A DNA stretch of 64,000 nucleotides from a virus (taxonomy: Duplodnaviria; Caudoviricetes): IMG/VR virus record IMGVR_UViG_3300031994_000057, positions 22,941 through 86,940 of that record; one strand, given 5' to 3'. The notes under the pieces were generated by a model that ran no database searches, was not told the origin of the DNA, and saw only the letters and a program-made list of their open reading frames with translations. Made by a program: the position numbers and the translations under genes. How positions within the stretch are numbered: the stretch's first letter is position 1; every line of letters begins with the position of its first letter. Of this stretch, positions 1 through 8,910 are shown one piece after another.

Positions 1-39
1 TTTACAATAGAATATAAATAATTATAGGAGGTAATCCTC

Positions 40-348
40 ATGGATAGAGTGCAGTTCATGAGATGTATAGAAGAATCTAATGTAACTCATGCAGATATAC
101 TATCAAAGTTTTTTGATCAGTATATGATTCTCTATAATCTCATTGAAAAGATAGATAGGATAATATTCTTAAGCTCTGATAATAATAATGTGGTCTTCCA
201 GTTATGCTGTTCAGATGAGAATGTATTACCACCAATCATTGATAGAATACAATCCCAATCAATGGTTATGATATATAATAAAACATTCACTGTTCAATAT
301 AGTAATATTACAGCGAATACAATAGATATAAGTATAACTTTAATGTAG
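40..348 (+). CDS. hypothetical protein (102 aa)
   Basis: GGAGG RBS, late-type promoter at 3-14, followed by a terminator hairpin. Confidence 0.75.
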   Translation: MDRVQFMRCIEESNVTHADILSKFFDQYMILYNLIEKIDRIIFLSSDNNNVVFQLCCSDENVLPPIIDRIQSQSMVMIYNKTFTVQYSNITANTIDISITLM

Positions 349-355
349 ATAATAA

Positions 356-392
356 GAGAGTAGGAGTATTATACTCCTACTCTTTTATTTCT
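356..392 (+). terminator. intrinsic terminator
   Basis: AGAGTAGGAGTA-tta-TACTCCTACTCT stem followed by a T-tract. Confidence 0.8.
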
Positions 393-436
393 TTTTTGAC
401 AAATAAAACGATTTTTAGATAAACTTCTATCTTTTT

Positions 437-448
437 CACATCTTTATA
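437..448 (+). promoter_or_regulatory. late-type phage promoter CACA-N6-TA
   Basis: Matches the NAC(A/T)-N6-TA motif recurring upstream of structural genes; resembles the AR9 late consensus AACA-N6-TA/G. Confidence 0.5.
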
Positions 449-476
449 ATTATCCTATAGAAAGGAGAAGTGAATT

Positions 477-1700
477 TTGGGAAAAGTATTAACGACTAAG
501 TATTTCGATACTAATAATAGTATCGTTAATTCTAGTGCTACATTTTTAAATAATAGCTTTTATAGTTACAATGATAAAAAGGGCCTTTCGGTGTCGTACT
601 TTAATATCGCAGATTATTCTTCGAGCCTGGACCCTGCTTCTAAATTAGCATATACGGATTTAGGTAAAGACTCTCCTATAAGATTTAATCTTATTAAAGG
701 AATGTATCTCTATCAGTTTAATAAAGCTGAATTAAACTTTGATAATGGTGAATATGGTCTAGAATCCAGTGCTATTACAGGAGATTCATATATACTTCCG
801 AATACTATTGTACCTAGAGATGGAGATTTCTTTGAAGTAGATCATATTAAAGATTCTACTTGGTTATTTAAAGTAGTTGATGTACAGAGAGATACTCTTG
901 AAGATGGTTCTAATATGTATAAGATATCTTGGATATTGGATAGAACTACTAATAGAGAAATTTTAGGTAATGTAGTAAAAATATTTAGATATATTGATAC
1001 TATAGAAGGAACTAATGCTAAAGCTGTAGTAGAAGAAGAGAAGTATGATATTGCTAAACAGTTAGATGATTTAACAGTATCATTTATCCAATACTTCAAA
1101 GATTTATTCTATAGCAAAGCAGTACAGACATTTATCTATAAATGGTACAATGAGTATAATATGTATGATCCTTTTGCTATAGAGTTTATCATAAGAAATA
1201 AATTACTTAATGTACAGGATGGATATACTTATGTAGATCATAAGATGAATCCACCTAGAACATTTTCTATTGATTATGATAAGACTATTTATAGAGCATT
1301 TGAGGATAGAGATATAAAGAAATTATGTTGTACTCAGAAACAATCTCAGGCAGACTTTATAGATGATATCACATCTGTATTTAGTACTAGATTTGAGATG
1401 TATTGGTCTTTGAATTATAAAGTTATAGCAGAGGAAAATGGTCCTCTTAATCCTAGAGGAATTATCCAGATAATGGATGAAGACTTTGAAGAGAGAATAT
1501 TAAAGAATGATAAATATGATTGTAAATGTCCTTATGCTTATAGAAATATAATTATTAAATATTTCAATAATGAGGGTATTACATCAAAAGATGTAGAGAA
1601 TATAGATAAGATAGACCTTAATTCTGTTAAGGATATCTTCTACGATTGTCTATATCTAATATTCTGTTTAGACTATTACACAAAATATCTGTTAAGTTAA
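477..1700 (+). CDS. conserved jumbo-phage protein, probably virion structural (407 aa, TTG start)
   Basis: Long ORF with AAAGGAG RBS and late-type promoter; no motif recognised. Confidence 0.6.
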   Translation: MGKVLTTKYFDTNNSIVNSSATFLNNSFYSYNDKKGLSVSYFNIADYSSSLDPASKLAYTDLGKDSPIRFNLIKGMYLYQFNKAELNFDNGEYGLESSAITGDSYILPNTIVPRDGDFFEVDHIKDSTWLFKVVDVQRDTLEDGSNMYKISWILDRTTNREILGNVVKIFRYIDTIEGTNAKAVVEEEKYDIAKQLDDLTVSFIQYFKDLFYSKAVQTFIYKWYNEYNMYDPFAIEFIIRNKLLNVQDGYTYVDHKMNPPRTFSIDYDKTIYRAFEDRDIKKLCCTQKQSQADFIDDITSVFSTRFEMYWSLNYKVIAEENGPLNPRGIIQIMDEDFEERILKNDKYDCKCPYAYRNIIIKYFNNEGITSKDVENIDKIDLNSVKDIFYDCLYLIFCLDYYTKYLLS

Positions 1701-1785
1701 CATATTCATAATATTAGGAAATAACGTATTTCTTAATACATAAAGACGTAAAAATCTTGAAAATAACTTTTAGGAGGAAATATAC

Positions 1786-2844
1786 ATGGATATCAATTTC
1801 CAGTCAATTTTTGACACAGCAGTTGAAGAAGAAAAGGCTTTTGATACTATCTTCGGTGGAGAAGAAGACGATGAAATAATGTCTGTTGTTCTTGGCGAAG
1901 ATGTTGAAGATATTGTTTTCGGTGAAGAAGCTGAAGATATGAATACTATAGATGATAAGGAATCTGTAAAAGATTTAGAGAAAGATGTAGTTGGTAAAGA
2001 AATCGAAGCTCCTAAGTGTGAGCCTAGCGAGAATGTTACACAGCCTGAAGATATTGACAGTGAGAAGGATACTCCTGGTGAGCAGATTGCTTGTCCTGTA
2101 GCAGGTGTAGCTGATGCGGTTGAGAAGAAAGAGCCTGATGAGGAGAATCTTGAAGAAGAAATCGATAAGGCTGAGAATAAAGTAGACATTGAGGAAGCTT
2201 TCCTTGCATCTATCCTTGGTGAAGACACAGAAGTTGAAATCGATTATGATACAGCTCCTGCAACTGATAATGGCGAAGCATCTGATGAAGGTGAACCTGC
2301 ACCTGAGGATGAAGGATGTCATAAAGAAGGTGAAGGCTGCGAAGATGGTGAGTGTGAGAAGAAGGAAGAACCTGAAGATATCGCTCCCGATGCATCTGCA
2401 GAAGAGCCTGAAGCTCCTGTTGTTTATGATGGCGAGACAACGCCTGATGAGAATCTCGATGACACTTTCTCTGATGAAGATGATGACGACGATGATGAAG
2501 ATGTCGTAGATGATAGCTGTAAGAAAGAAGGAGTTGAAGAAATCGAAGATAATCAGACTCCTGAACTCGATGACAATGCTAACGTTAATACAGATAGTAG
2601 CTTAGATGGTGAGCCTGGTCTTGAAGGTGAATCAGAGTTACCTGGTGATGTTGGTCTTGAATCAGCTAATCTTGATGATGTATTTGCTGAAGAGGCTGTT
2701 GATGGTGAAGAGAAATCTGAAAAGGTTGAAGATGAACTCATCAAAGCTGCTGAAGATGAATCTGAACTTACTGATGCTGAAGTAGAGTCATTAGTTGGTG
2801 AAGAAGAAGATGATGAATTACTTGATGCTGTTCTTGGTCAGTAA
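1786..2844 (+). CDS. extremely acidic protein (scaffold or internal-head-like)
   Basis: E/D-rich low-complexity ORF, AGGAGG RBS, late-type promoter at 1699-1710. Confidence 0.6.
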   Translation: MDINFQSIFDTAVEEEKAFDTIFGGEEDDEIMSVVLGEDVEDIVFGEEAEDMNTIDDKESVKDLEKDVVGKEIEAPKCEPSENVTQPEDIDSEKDTPGEQIACPVAGVADAVEKKEPDEENLEEEIDKAENKVDIEEAFLASILGEDTEVEIDYDTAPATDNGEASDEGEPAPEDEGCHKEGEGCEDGECEKKEEPEDIAPDASAEEPEAPVVYDGETTPDENLDDTFSDEDDDDDDEDVVDDSCKKEGVEEIEDNQTPELDDNANVNTDSSLDGEPGLEGESELPGDVGLESANLDDVFAEEAVDGEEKSEKVEDELIKAAEDESELTDAEVESLVGEEEDDELLDAVLGQ

Positions 2845-2868
2845 TATTCATATAAAAAATATAGAAAG

Positions 2869-3612
2869 GTGATAAATATCATGGATGAAAGATTTCTTTA
2901 TGAAGTTAGACCTCTTAGGATAATCTGTATCCCTGGACAAGAGAGATCAAAGAAACCATTCGTTGCTTTACTTACAAAACAAGAAGTAAAGACATATATG
3001 ACTTATGGTCCTGTATATCGTAAGTATGCAGATCCTAATAAAGAAATGGTTAGAGTTACAGGTGAGAATCTTGATAGATTACATCATACTATGCCTGAGA
3101 ATGGCAAGCCTAACAAGCCTGTATCTGATATTATTCCTATTAAAGCCGTAGAGAAGAACGAACCTGTTGTAGAAACTCCTGCTCCCGTAGTAGAAGAGAA
3201 GAAGGTTGAAGAGCCTAAGGTTATAGAGGAAGAAGAATTAAAAAAATCGAACGTGGAAGAGTCTACGACACCCCAGAATGAAGTAGAAGCTTCCACTGAA
3301 GATATAGTTACTGAAGAAGAAGTTGTTGAAGTTGTTGAAGAACCCGTTGCTCAGGAAGAGACAAATGATGGTGCTGACGACGAGGTTATTGTAGAAGACG
3401 AAGCAGTTGCTGATGAAAACATCGATGTCGATGAGACCGACGACGAACAAGTCAATACAGAAGAGACAACTGAAGAAGTTGAATCTGAAGAAGAAACAGT
3501 AGAAGATACTGTAGAAGAAGCTGAAGAAGCTACAACTGAAGAGTCCACACAGAAGAATACTCACAACAACAATAACGTACAATTCAACAGTAACAAGAAA
3601 AAGAAACATTAA
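2869..3612 (+). CDS. hypothetical protein with globular N-terminus and acidic C-terminal tail
   Basis: ORF track; followed by a terminator. Confidence 0.65.
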   Translation: MINIMDERFLYEVRPLRIICIPGQERSKKPFVALLTKQEVKTYMTYGPVYRKYADPNKEMVRVTGENLDRLHHTMPENGKPNKPVSDIIPIKAVEKNEPVVETPAPVVEEKKVEEPKVIEEEELKKSNVEESTTPQNEVEASTEDIVTEEEVVEVVEEPVAQEETNDGADDEVIVEDEAVADENIDVDETDDEQVNTEETTEEVESEEETVEDTVEEAEEATTEESTQKNTHNNNNVQFNSNKKKKH

Positions 3613-3663
3613 TCAAAAACATGATTAATTGTTCCACCCTTTACATAAGCTACTTAAAGAATG

Positions 3664-3700
3664 CCCCAGAGACTAGTGCAGTCTCTGGGGTGTTTTTTTT
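3664..3700 (+). terminator. intrinsic terminator
   Basis: CCCCAGAGACT/AGTCTCTGGGG stem plus T-run. Confidence 0.8.
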
Positions 3701-3729
3701 GTAAATTAAAATACATATAACTTTTAAGT

Positions 3730-3910
3730 AAAGAGTGGTGGTGAAGCCAAACCTCGTTCAATTTATTGAACAATATGCTCGCACCCTTAGAGCACTTAAG
3801 CAAATTGCAACAATTTGTCCCCAAAGACAAGAGAACTAACCCCCTTTTGTTTATAAGAGTTACATTATAAAACTAACGTCAAAATGCCCTTCGCTTACCA
3901 CTCTTGCCTT
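3730..3910 (+). ncRNA. candidate structured non-coding RNA (~180 nt)
   Basis: Closing stem 3731-3746 with 3889-3905, several internal hairpins, late-type promoter AACT-N6-TA at 3719-3730, 3' T-tract, no ORF with an RBS. Confidence 0.55.
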
Positions 3911-3946
3911 TTTCTTTTTAGTTCTGCCATACTATTAGAAAAAATA

Positions 3947-3978
3947 AAAGAGGTAGGGAACTAATCCCTACCTCTTTT
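3947..3978 (-). terminator. terminator of the leftward small-ORF operon
   Basis: AAAAGAGGTAGGGA/TCCCTACCTCTTTT stem flanked by A/T runs. Confidence 0.75.
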
Positions 3979-3994
3979 GCTCTGTTATTCAATT

Positions 3995-4036
3995 TTATTT
4001 TGTGCTACCTACAGTAGACCAATCTGACCAATCCAT
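3995..4036 (-). CDS. 13-aa micro-ORF MDWSDWSTVGSTK
   Basis: AGGAGG RBS at canonical spacing; last ORF before the terminator. Confidence 0.4.
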   Translation of the reverse strand: MDWSDWSTVGSTK

Positions 4037-4037
4037 A

Positions 4038-4196
4038 TTAAACCTCCTGAGGTTCTTTCTTCTTTATTTGGTAAATATTCTTATTCACCTTGAGAGCAAC
4101 CTCATCAATGTTCTTATCAAATACATCCTTTGCTATATCTAATACTACAAACGATGCTGTAGTTATAGCAAACTGGATTAAGTATTTCTTCCACAT
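4038..4196 (-). CDS. small protein (52 aa) MWKKYLIQFAITTASFVV...KEPQEV
   Basis: AGGAGG RBS; not in the ORF track (<60 aa). Confidence 0.65.
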   Translation of the reverse strand: MWKKYLIQFAITTASFVVLDIAKDVFDKNIDEVALKVNKNIYQIKKKEPQEV

Positions 4197-4199
4197 AGA

Positions 4200-4379
4200 T
4201 TATACCTCCTGGAAACTATCGGGGGCAATCTCCTCTACATTAGCCTGGTCACGCTTTGATTTTACTTTAACTTTGATAGCTCTGGCACCTTTCTCAATGC
4301 CCTTGGAAATATACTGCGCAGATATATCTGCTGCGATTACCACTGCAACTCCGATTAAAACCTTAACTACTTTGTTCAT
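4200..4379 (-). CDS. small protein (59 aa) MNKVVKVLIGVAVVIAA...SFQEV with N-terminal hydrophobic helix
   Basis: AGGAGG RBS; not in the ORF track. Confidence 0.65.
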   Translation of the reverse strand: MNKVVKVLIGVAVVIAADISAQYISKGIEKGARAIKVKVKSKRDQANVEEIAPDSFQEV

Positions 4380-4382
4380 AAA

Positions 4383-4625
4383 TTAATCCTCCTTTGATTT
4401 AATAACTTCACATTCTTCAATATACTTTACATTAGTTAAAGGTACAATAATTCTCTTATGTATATCACCTTTATTTTGGTGATATAATATGAAATTATCA
4501 TTTAATTCTACTCCATCAGAATCATGAATATGTAAAGCTTCTTGGATGCGTAATGATGTACCATCAATAAACTTGATATCTACATTATTGGTATTATAAG
4601 TAAATGTCTTAAATGACTCTGCCAT
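4383..4625 (-). CDS. hypothetical protein
   Basis: ORF track; ATG at 4625 with GAGGAGG RBS. Confidence 0.7.
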   Translation of the reverse strand: MAESFKTFTYNTNNVDIKFIDGTSLRIQEALHIHDSDGVELNDNFILYHQNKGDIHKRIIVPLTNVKYIEECEVIKSKED

Positions 4626-4627
4626 TA

Positions 4628-4759
4628 TCAATCCTCCTCACATTCATCTTCATCCTCAGGACTTCCTGAGCATTCATACTTATTGGGACAAATGCTACAA
4701 TCACATTCATCTGTGTATCTGCCTGTAGCATAGCAGATATCCATAGCTGTCATATCCAT
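4628..4759 (-). CDS. 43-aa Cys-rich acidic peptide (possible metal binder)
   Basis: GGAGG RBS; MDMTAMDICYATGRYTDECDCSICPNKYECSGSPEDEDECEED. Confidence 0.6.
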   Translation of the reverse strand: MDMTAMDICYATGRYTDECDCSICPNKYECSGSPEDEDECEED

Positions 4760-4773
4760 ATTAAATAACCTCC

Positions 4774-5058
4774 TTAATGTAACATAAACATAGCGGTTTG
4801 TAATTCCTCAATAAACTCTACAGCTTCAGAATCATTAGATACTTTCTTCTTTAAGTTCTTAAGCATCTTTTCATCTTTTTTCATTTCGACGACTTCATTA
4901 AACGCGAATCTTAGATTAGATAAATAAATTCTTTGAGTGTTTGTTGTCTCAAAATCATCTTCTAAGAATCTTTCTAAGTCAATATGAGCATCTTTACAAA
5001 CCAGTGTAAGAAACATCTTTAAGTCTTTACTCATTGGTGGCGTTTTTGATTTTCCCAT
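4774..5058 (-). CDS. hypothetical early protein
   Basis: AAAGGAG RBS; early-type promoter at ~5107-5135. Confidence 0.7.
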   Translation of the reverse strand: MGKSKTPPMSKDLKMFLTLVCKDAHIDLERFLEDDFETTNTQRIYLSNLRFAFNEVVEMKKDEKMLKNLKKKVSNDSEAVEFIEELQTAMFMLH

Positions 5059-5143
5059 ATTATTAATCTCCTTTCATAATGGAATATTGTTTGTTTATAC
5101 ACCTATATTATATATAATTGAAATTTTGAACTTTTATTAATAT

Positions 5144-5470
5144 TACAACTATATAATAGAAGCATAGAAGATAGAAATTAGATTAATACCTTCAAAACTT
5201 ATTATTCAATAGAATAAAAGTCATTAAAAGATATTACTATCAGGCACGATAGTCTCGTTAATCTTTTCTTTAAGATATAACGATAAATAAGATGTGATGA
5301 TATAAATGGTTTGGCATTTAATATCATTGTCTTTCATATATCTATGGTAATATATCACTGATATATTATGAAGAATATAATATAGACAATCTATCATTAT
5401 TTAATCTCCTTTCTTAATATTTCTTCTATGCTTCTTATCTATATTATATATTATTGAAATTATATACTTT
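5144..5470 (-). other. inverted-repeat-bracketed small-gene cassette C1
   Basis: Early promoter ~5443-5470 (minus); IR 5422-5435 pairs with 5158-5171; convergent late-type promoter TACA-N6-TA at 5144-5155 (plus). Confidence 0.75.
5224..5397 (-). CDS. cassette C1 small protein (57 aa) MIDCLYYILHNISVIYYHRY...YLSLYLKEKINETIVPDSNIF
   Basis: AAAGGAG RBS; clear paralog of the C2 protein. Confidence 0.75.
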   Translation of the reverse strand: MIDCLYYILHNISVIYYHRYMKDNDIKCQTIYIITSYLSLYLKEKINETIVPDSNIF

Positions 5471-5483
5471 TACCATTATACAA

Positions 5484-5800
5484 TACAACTATATAATAGA
5501 AGCATAAGAGATTAAAGAGTAGAGAATAACCAATAAACTTCGCTTGCTAATTATATATCTACACTGTAACCATTAATTACAGTCCATTAATCTTTTCTTT
5601 AAGATATAATGACAGATAATATAATACAATATAAATTACATAGAATTTAATATTGTTTTTCTTCTTATATTCATTTAAATATATCAGAGATATATTATTG
5701 CTGAGAATATAAAGATAATCAGTCATTGAAATAACTCCTTTCATTTTATTTCTCTTATGCTTCTTATCTATATTATATATTATTGAAATTCCTTACTTTT
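5484..5800 (-). other. inverted-repeat-bracketed small-gene cassette C2
   Basis: Early promoter ~5772-5800 (minus); IR 5751-5764 pairs with 5498-5511; late-type promoter at 5484-5495 (plus). Confidence 0.75.
5577..5726 (-). CDS. cassette C2 small protein (49 aa) MTDYLYILSNNISLIYLNEY...YLSLYLKEKINGL
   Basis: AAAGGAG RBS; shares YLSLYLKEKIN with C1. Confidence 0.75.
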   Translation of the reverse strand: MTDYLYILSNNISLIYLNEYKKKNNIKFYVIYIVLYYLSLYLKEKINGL

Positions 5801-5841
5801 ATATTTTGACATATTAATAAAAATATATAGAAAGTGAGGGA

Positions 5842-6105
5842 ATGATTATGAAAGATGCTTTTCTATTTTTATTCAAATATTTTTGGTTATTCTCCTCATG
5901 TGTTCTAATACTCATAGGAGATATATTATTTATTTTAAGAAGTCTTCAAGATTTCCATGATACCATGAAGATATATAAACAGAATAAGGATAAGGAATAC
6001 TTAAAACAACATCTAGTTGCACCAAAGATTTGTATTGGATGTAATATATTTTTGGCATTAGGTATAAGTAGTTTCTTATACTATGCTAGCATACATATGA
6101 TCTGA
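5842..6105 (+). CDS. small membrane protein (two hydrophobic segments)
   Basis: ORF track; late-type promoter 5808-5819; shares a bidirectional terminator (6115-6141) with the terminase gene. Confidence 0.6.
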   Translation: MIMKDAFLFLFKYFWLFSSCVLILIGDILFILRSLQDFHDTMKIYKQNKDKEYLKQHLVAPKICIGCNIFLALGISSFLYYASIHMI

Positions 6106-6148
6106 TAAAATAATGGACTAGGGATATTATATCCCTAGTCCTTATCTT

Positions 6149-6936
6149 TTATAAATCCATAAAGTCATTAAATAGATTACCATGTAATTCTTGCATTCTC
6201 TGCATCTCTATATCATCTTCATCTCCAAATATTTCATTAGGAAGTAATATCATAGTCCTCATACCATTCTCATTATCTGGTTCATGATATGCATTATGAA
6301 TAGCTTTTCTAAATGTAGGATCAGTACCCATCATATATCTGACTTGATCGTCTTCTCTATCTCTGATTTCTTTCTCATAATCTTGATAGAGAATACCAGT
6401 TTTATTCCTATCATTTAGATACTGCATTTGAGATTGTATATCGTCATCATCTATATATTCATATACATCTACATTGACAGTTTCACCTTTGGAATCTCTT
6501 TCAATATCACCATCTACTATCTCTTCATCTTCATCTGTTTTGATAGTATTCTTCATGATATTCCAGTTTTCCATGACGTTCTTACCGTCATACCAGACAT
6601 ACATAGCCATGAGATATGAAAATACTTGGTCATCATGAGTATTATCAGAGTGCTCTACTTTACCGTTACGCTTCACTTGCATGCCGAGCATCTCTTCATA
6701 AAGAATAGGAGCAATAAATTTATCCTTATGATAATTTACTCTATCATATAATAACTCTATTAATCTAGCACGAACTTCTTTATTAGAATTCAATCCATAT
6801 ACTTTAACAAGAGCATTACGTTTACCAACCATATGACCAGTGATTACTTCTTCTATAACCTTTTCTTTAATTTCAAAGTATAGATTCTTCTTTACATTAG
6901 TCTTAACAAGTCTTTGGACAACACTTCTTCCAAAAC
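6149..6936 (-). CDS. terL: terminase large subunit, exon 2 (rest of the RNase H-like nuclease domain, HDD motif)
   Basis: FGRSVVQRL...HDDQVFSYLMA continues the nuclease domain broken off in exon 1; the track's N-terminal 29 aa lie inside the intron. Confidence 0.8.
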
Positions 6937-7364
6937 CGTATAGTTTCATTATAGTCGCAACTCTATAATGTATGGTCAATTCCATATCACTCCCATTACA
7001 GGACGTGACCAGATCATGTGTCATTCCTATTATGCATTTAATAGGACCGGTATTTTTCTTCCTCCATAAGCTTGAGGTTCTACTCCCTCGTCAAGGGATG
7101 ATCGTTGAACGTATATCTCTATGAGATATTTCGCTGCTATACCTGGGCTTGTTAATGATAACTTAGGATTTAACCTTATTATCGTCTTAATAACTTTTTT
7201 CTACTTTCGTAACTATCACGCTTATCATTACTGATTACGTTGTAGCATATTAAGCTCTAACCCATTATCATAGCAATTAACACCGTTGAAACTTACAGGT
7301 TACCCTATAAGCTGAGACATATAGAAATATATCAACTACCATTACACTGGTAGAAATCATTCCT
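6937..7364 (-). ncRNA. group I intron (IA-like, no ORF, ~428 nt) in terL
   Basis: P3 CGGTGTT(7285-79)/AATACCG(7054-48); P4 TTGCTAT/ATAGCAG; P7 GATCA(7103-7099)/TGATC(7016-12) in GTTCAACGATCA and ACATGATCTG contexts; P8 TCCTATT/AATAGGA; terminal G at 6937; exact 5' splice site inferred. Confidence 0.8.
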
Positions 7365-8790
7365 AATCTGCTCCATTGAGCTCGATATTTACTACCGAGG
7401 TTGGCATATATTGATTCACTAGTACATATATTAAGTCTGCAAGATCATCTTGTGGTATAAAATTACAATGGAATGTGGCACAAACACGAGTTGTTCGTGA
7501 ATCTACTACTGTAATTGCAGATGAATCTCGCATAGCAGCACCAGATACATCGACTCCAATAATAGGAGGGTATGTGAGGTCAATATCTTCATATACATCA
7601 AATAAGTATTGACCAACTCTACCAAACTTAAGAGTTCTAATAGGCTCTCTACAATGTGCTTTGATAATTTCAAGGTCTTCCATATTAAATGCTGCATTTT
7701 CTGTAATGGTCTCCCACTCAAGTAATACTTCTCGTCGTATCTTAGGCCAATCGTTTGCCATCTGTGTACATATTTCTGAGAACCACTCTTCTGATAATCC
7801 CAATTGTTTATATGAGAATTTGATATAGAAGAACATTGATTGTGTATTGGCTTTTCTTAATTCCTCTAATTGCTCATATGAGTAGTCGAGATATGATTCA
7901 TCCCATCTACTAGACTTATTAATCAACTCTTGTGCATACTGTCCTTCCTTAGTGACAGGATCACCAGGAGTTGATGCTATGAATACTCCATAAGGAGCAT
8001 TATAGCTCTTTGCTATAGAAGCAGCTTTAGAATATGCAGGAATAGCTGCAGCATATACTGTTTTATTATAAGGCATAAATGCAAACTCATCATAGAACTG
8101 TAATGGCATAGTACAACCTCTTCCCAGTTTATCTGCAGCATCTTCTGATCTAGCAGAAGGGAATGTAACTATAGTGTTATGATTTAGTGGATGCTCCATT
8201 TTCTCTACAGTATTAGGTACTTTTAATTTCTGACCATTTGCATTTGTTACAGCTTCCATTCTAAGATAATTAGGTAATGTATCTCTAATCTCTTTTAATA
8301 CTTTAAGATTTTCCTTAGAACCAGAATGTGCTTTATGGATAAACATCATCTGTGAGTTGGTTGTTCCGAAGTTATATAACCATAAGTAACGAATTCTGGC
8401 TGTGGTTGTTTTACCAGACTGTCGAGGAAGTTCTACATACATACTATAATTTAGTATGAATAAAAAGTTCATCGCTAAGCCTGCTCTATCTAACTTATAT
8501 CTAGCGCCTCCTGAAGCAGAACTACCCGTTTGTGGTACTCTAACAACTTCTCTTAAGAAATACCAATAATTAACTCGTATTTCATTTAATACCATTGCTT
8601 TTTGCATTACAGAAAGATTTGGATCTCTCGGGTCTACTCCTGCTAATGCAGGATTATATAAAGCTAAAAAGAAGTCATTATTTCTAACACCAATACGTTT
8701 TAGATAATAATGCATATCCATGAACGATTGGTTGGTAGTTTCACGCTGTATGTATATTTTAATAGGGGCTACTACTTGTTCTTGAACCAT
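7365..8790 (-). CDS. terL: terminase large subunit, exon 1 (ATPase plus start of nuclease)
   Basis: Walker A PRQSGKTT, Walker B QFYDEFAF, nuclease IIGVDVSG; late-type promoter AACA-N6-TA at 8827-8816. Confidence 0.9.
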
Positions 8791-8910
8791 AAGTTTATAA
8801 CCTCCTTATTTGGGTTATATCGATGTTTTAACTATAAAATACTAATACATTAGATATTATAATTAAGAATTATGCTTCAAACTTTAAAATAATAAGGAGG
8901 TATCTTATTT

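Noticed and set aside
1770-3609. Minus-strand and alternate-frame ORFs over the acidic genes
   Set aside because: Ser/Phe-rich shadows of GAA/GAT-rich coding strands with no RBS; the same applies to most nested ORFs in the track
4090-4386. 98-aa plus-strand ORF
   Set aside because: Shadow of two RBS-bearing minus-strand genes (4038-4196 and 4200-4379)
6937-7372. Group II intron reading of the terL insertion (ends ...CTATAC)
   Set aside because: No GUGYG start or recognisable domain V, while group I P3/P4/P7/P8 pairings are all present
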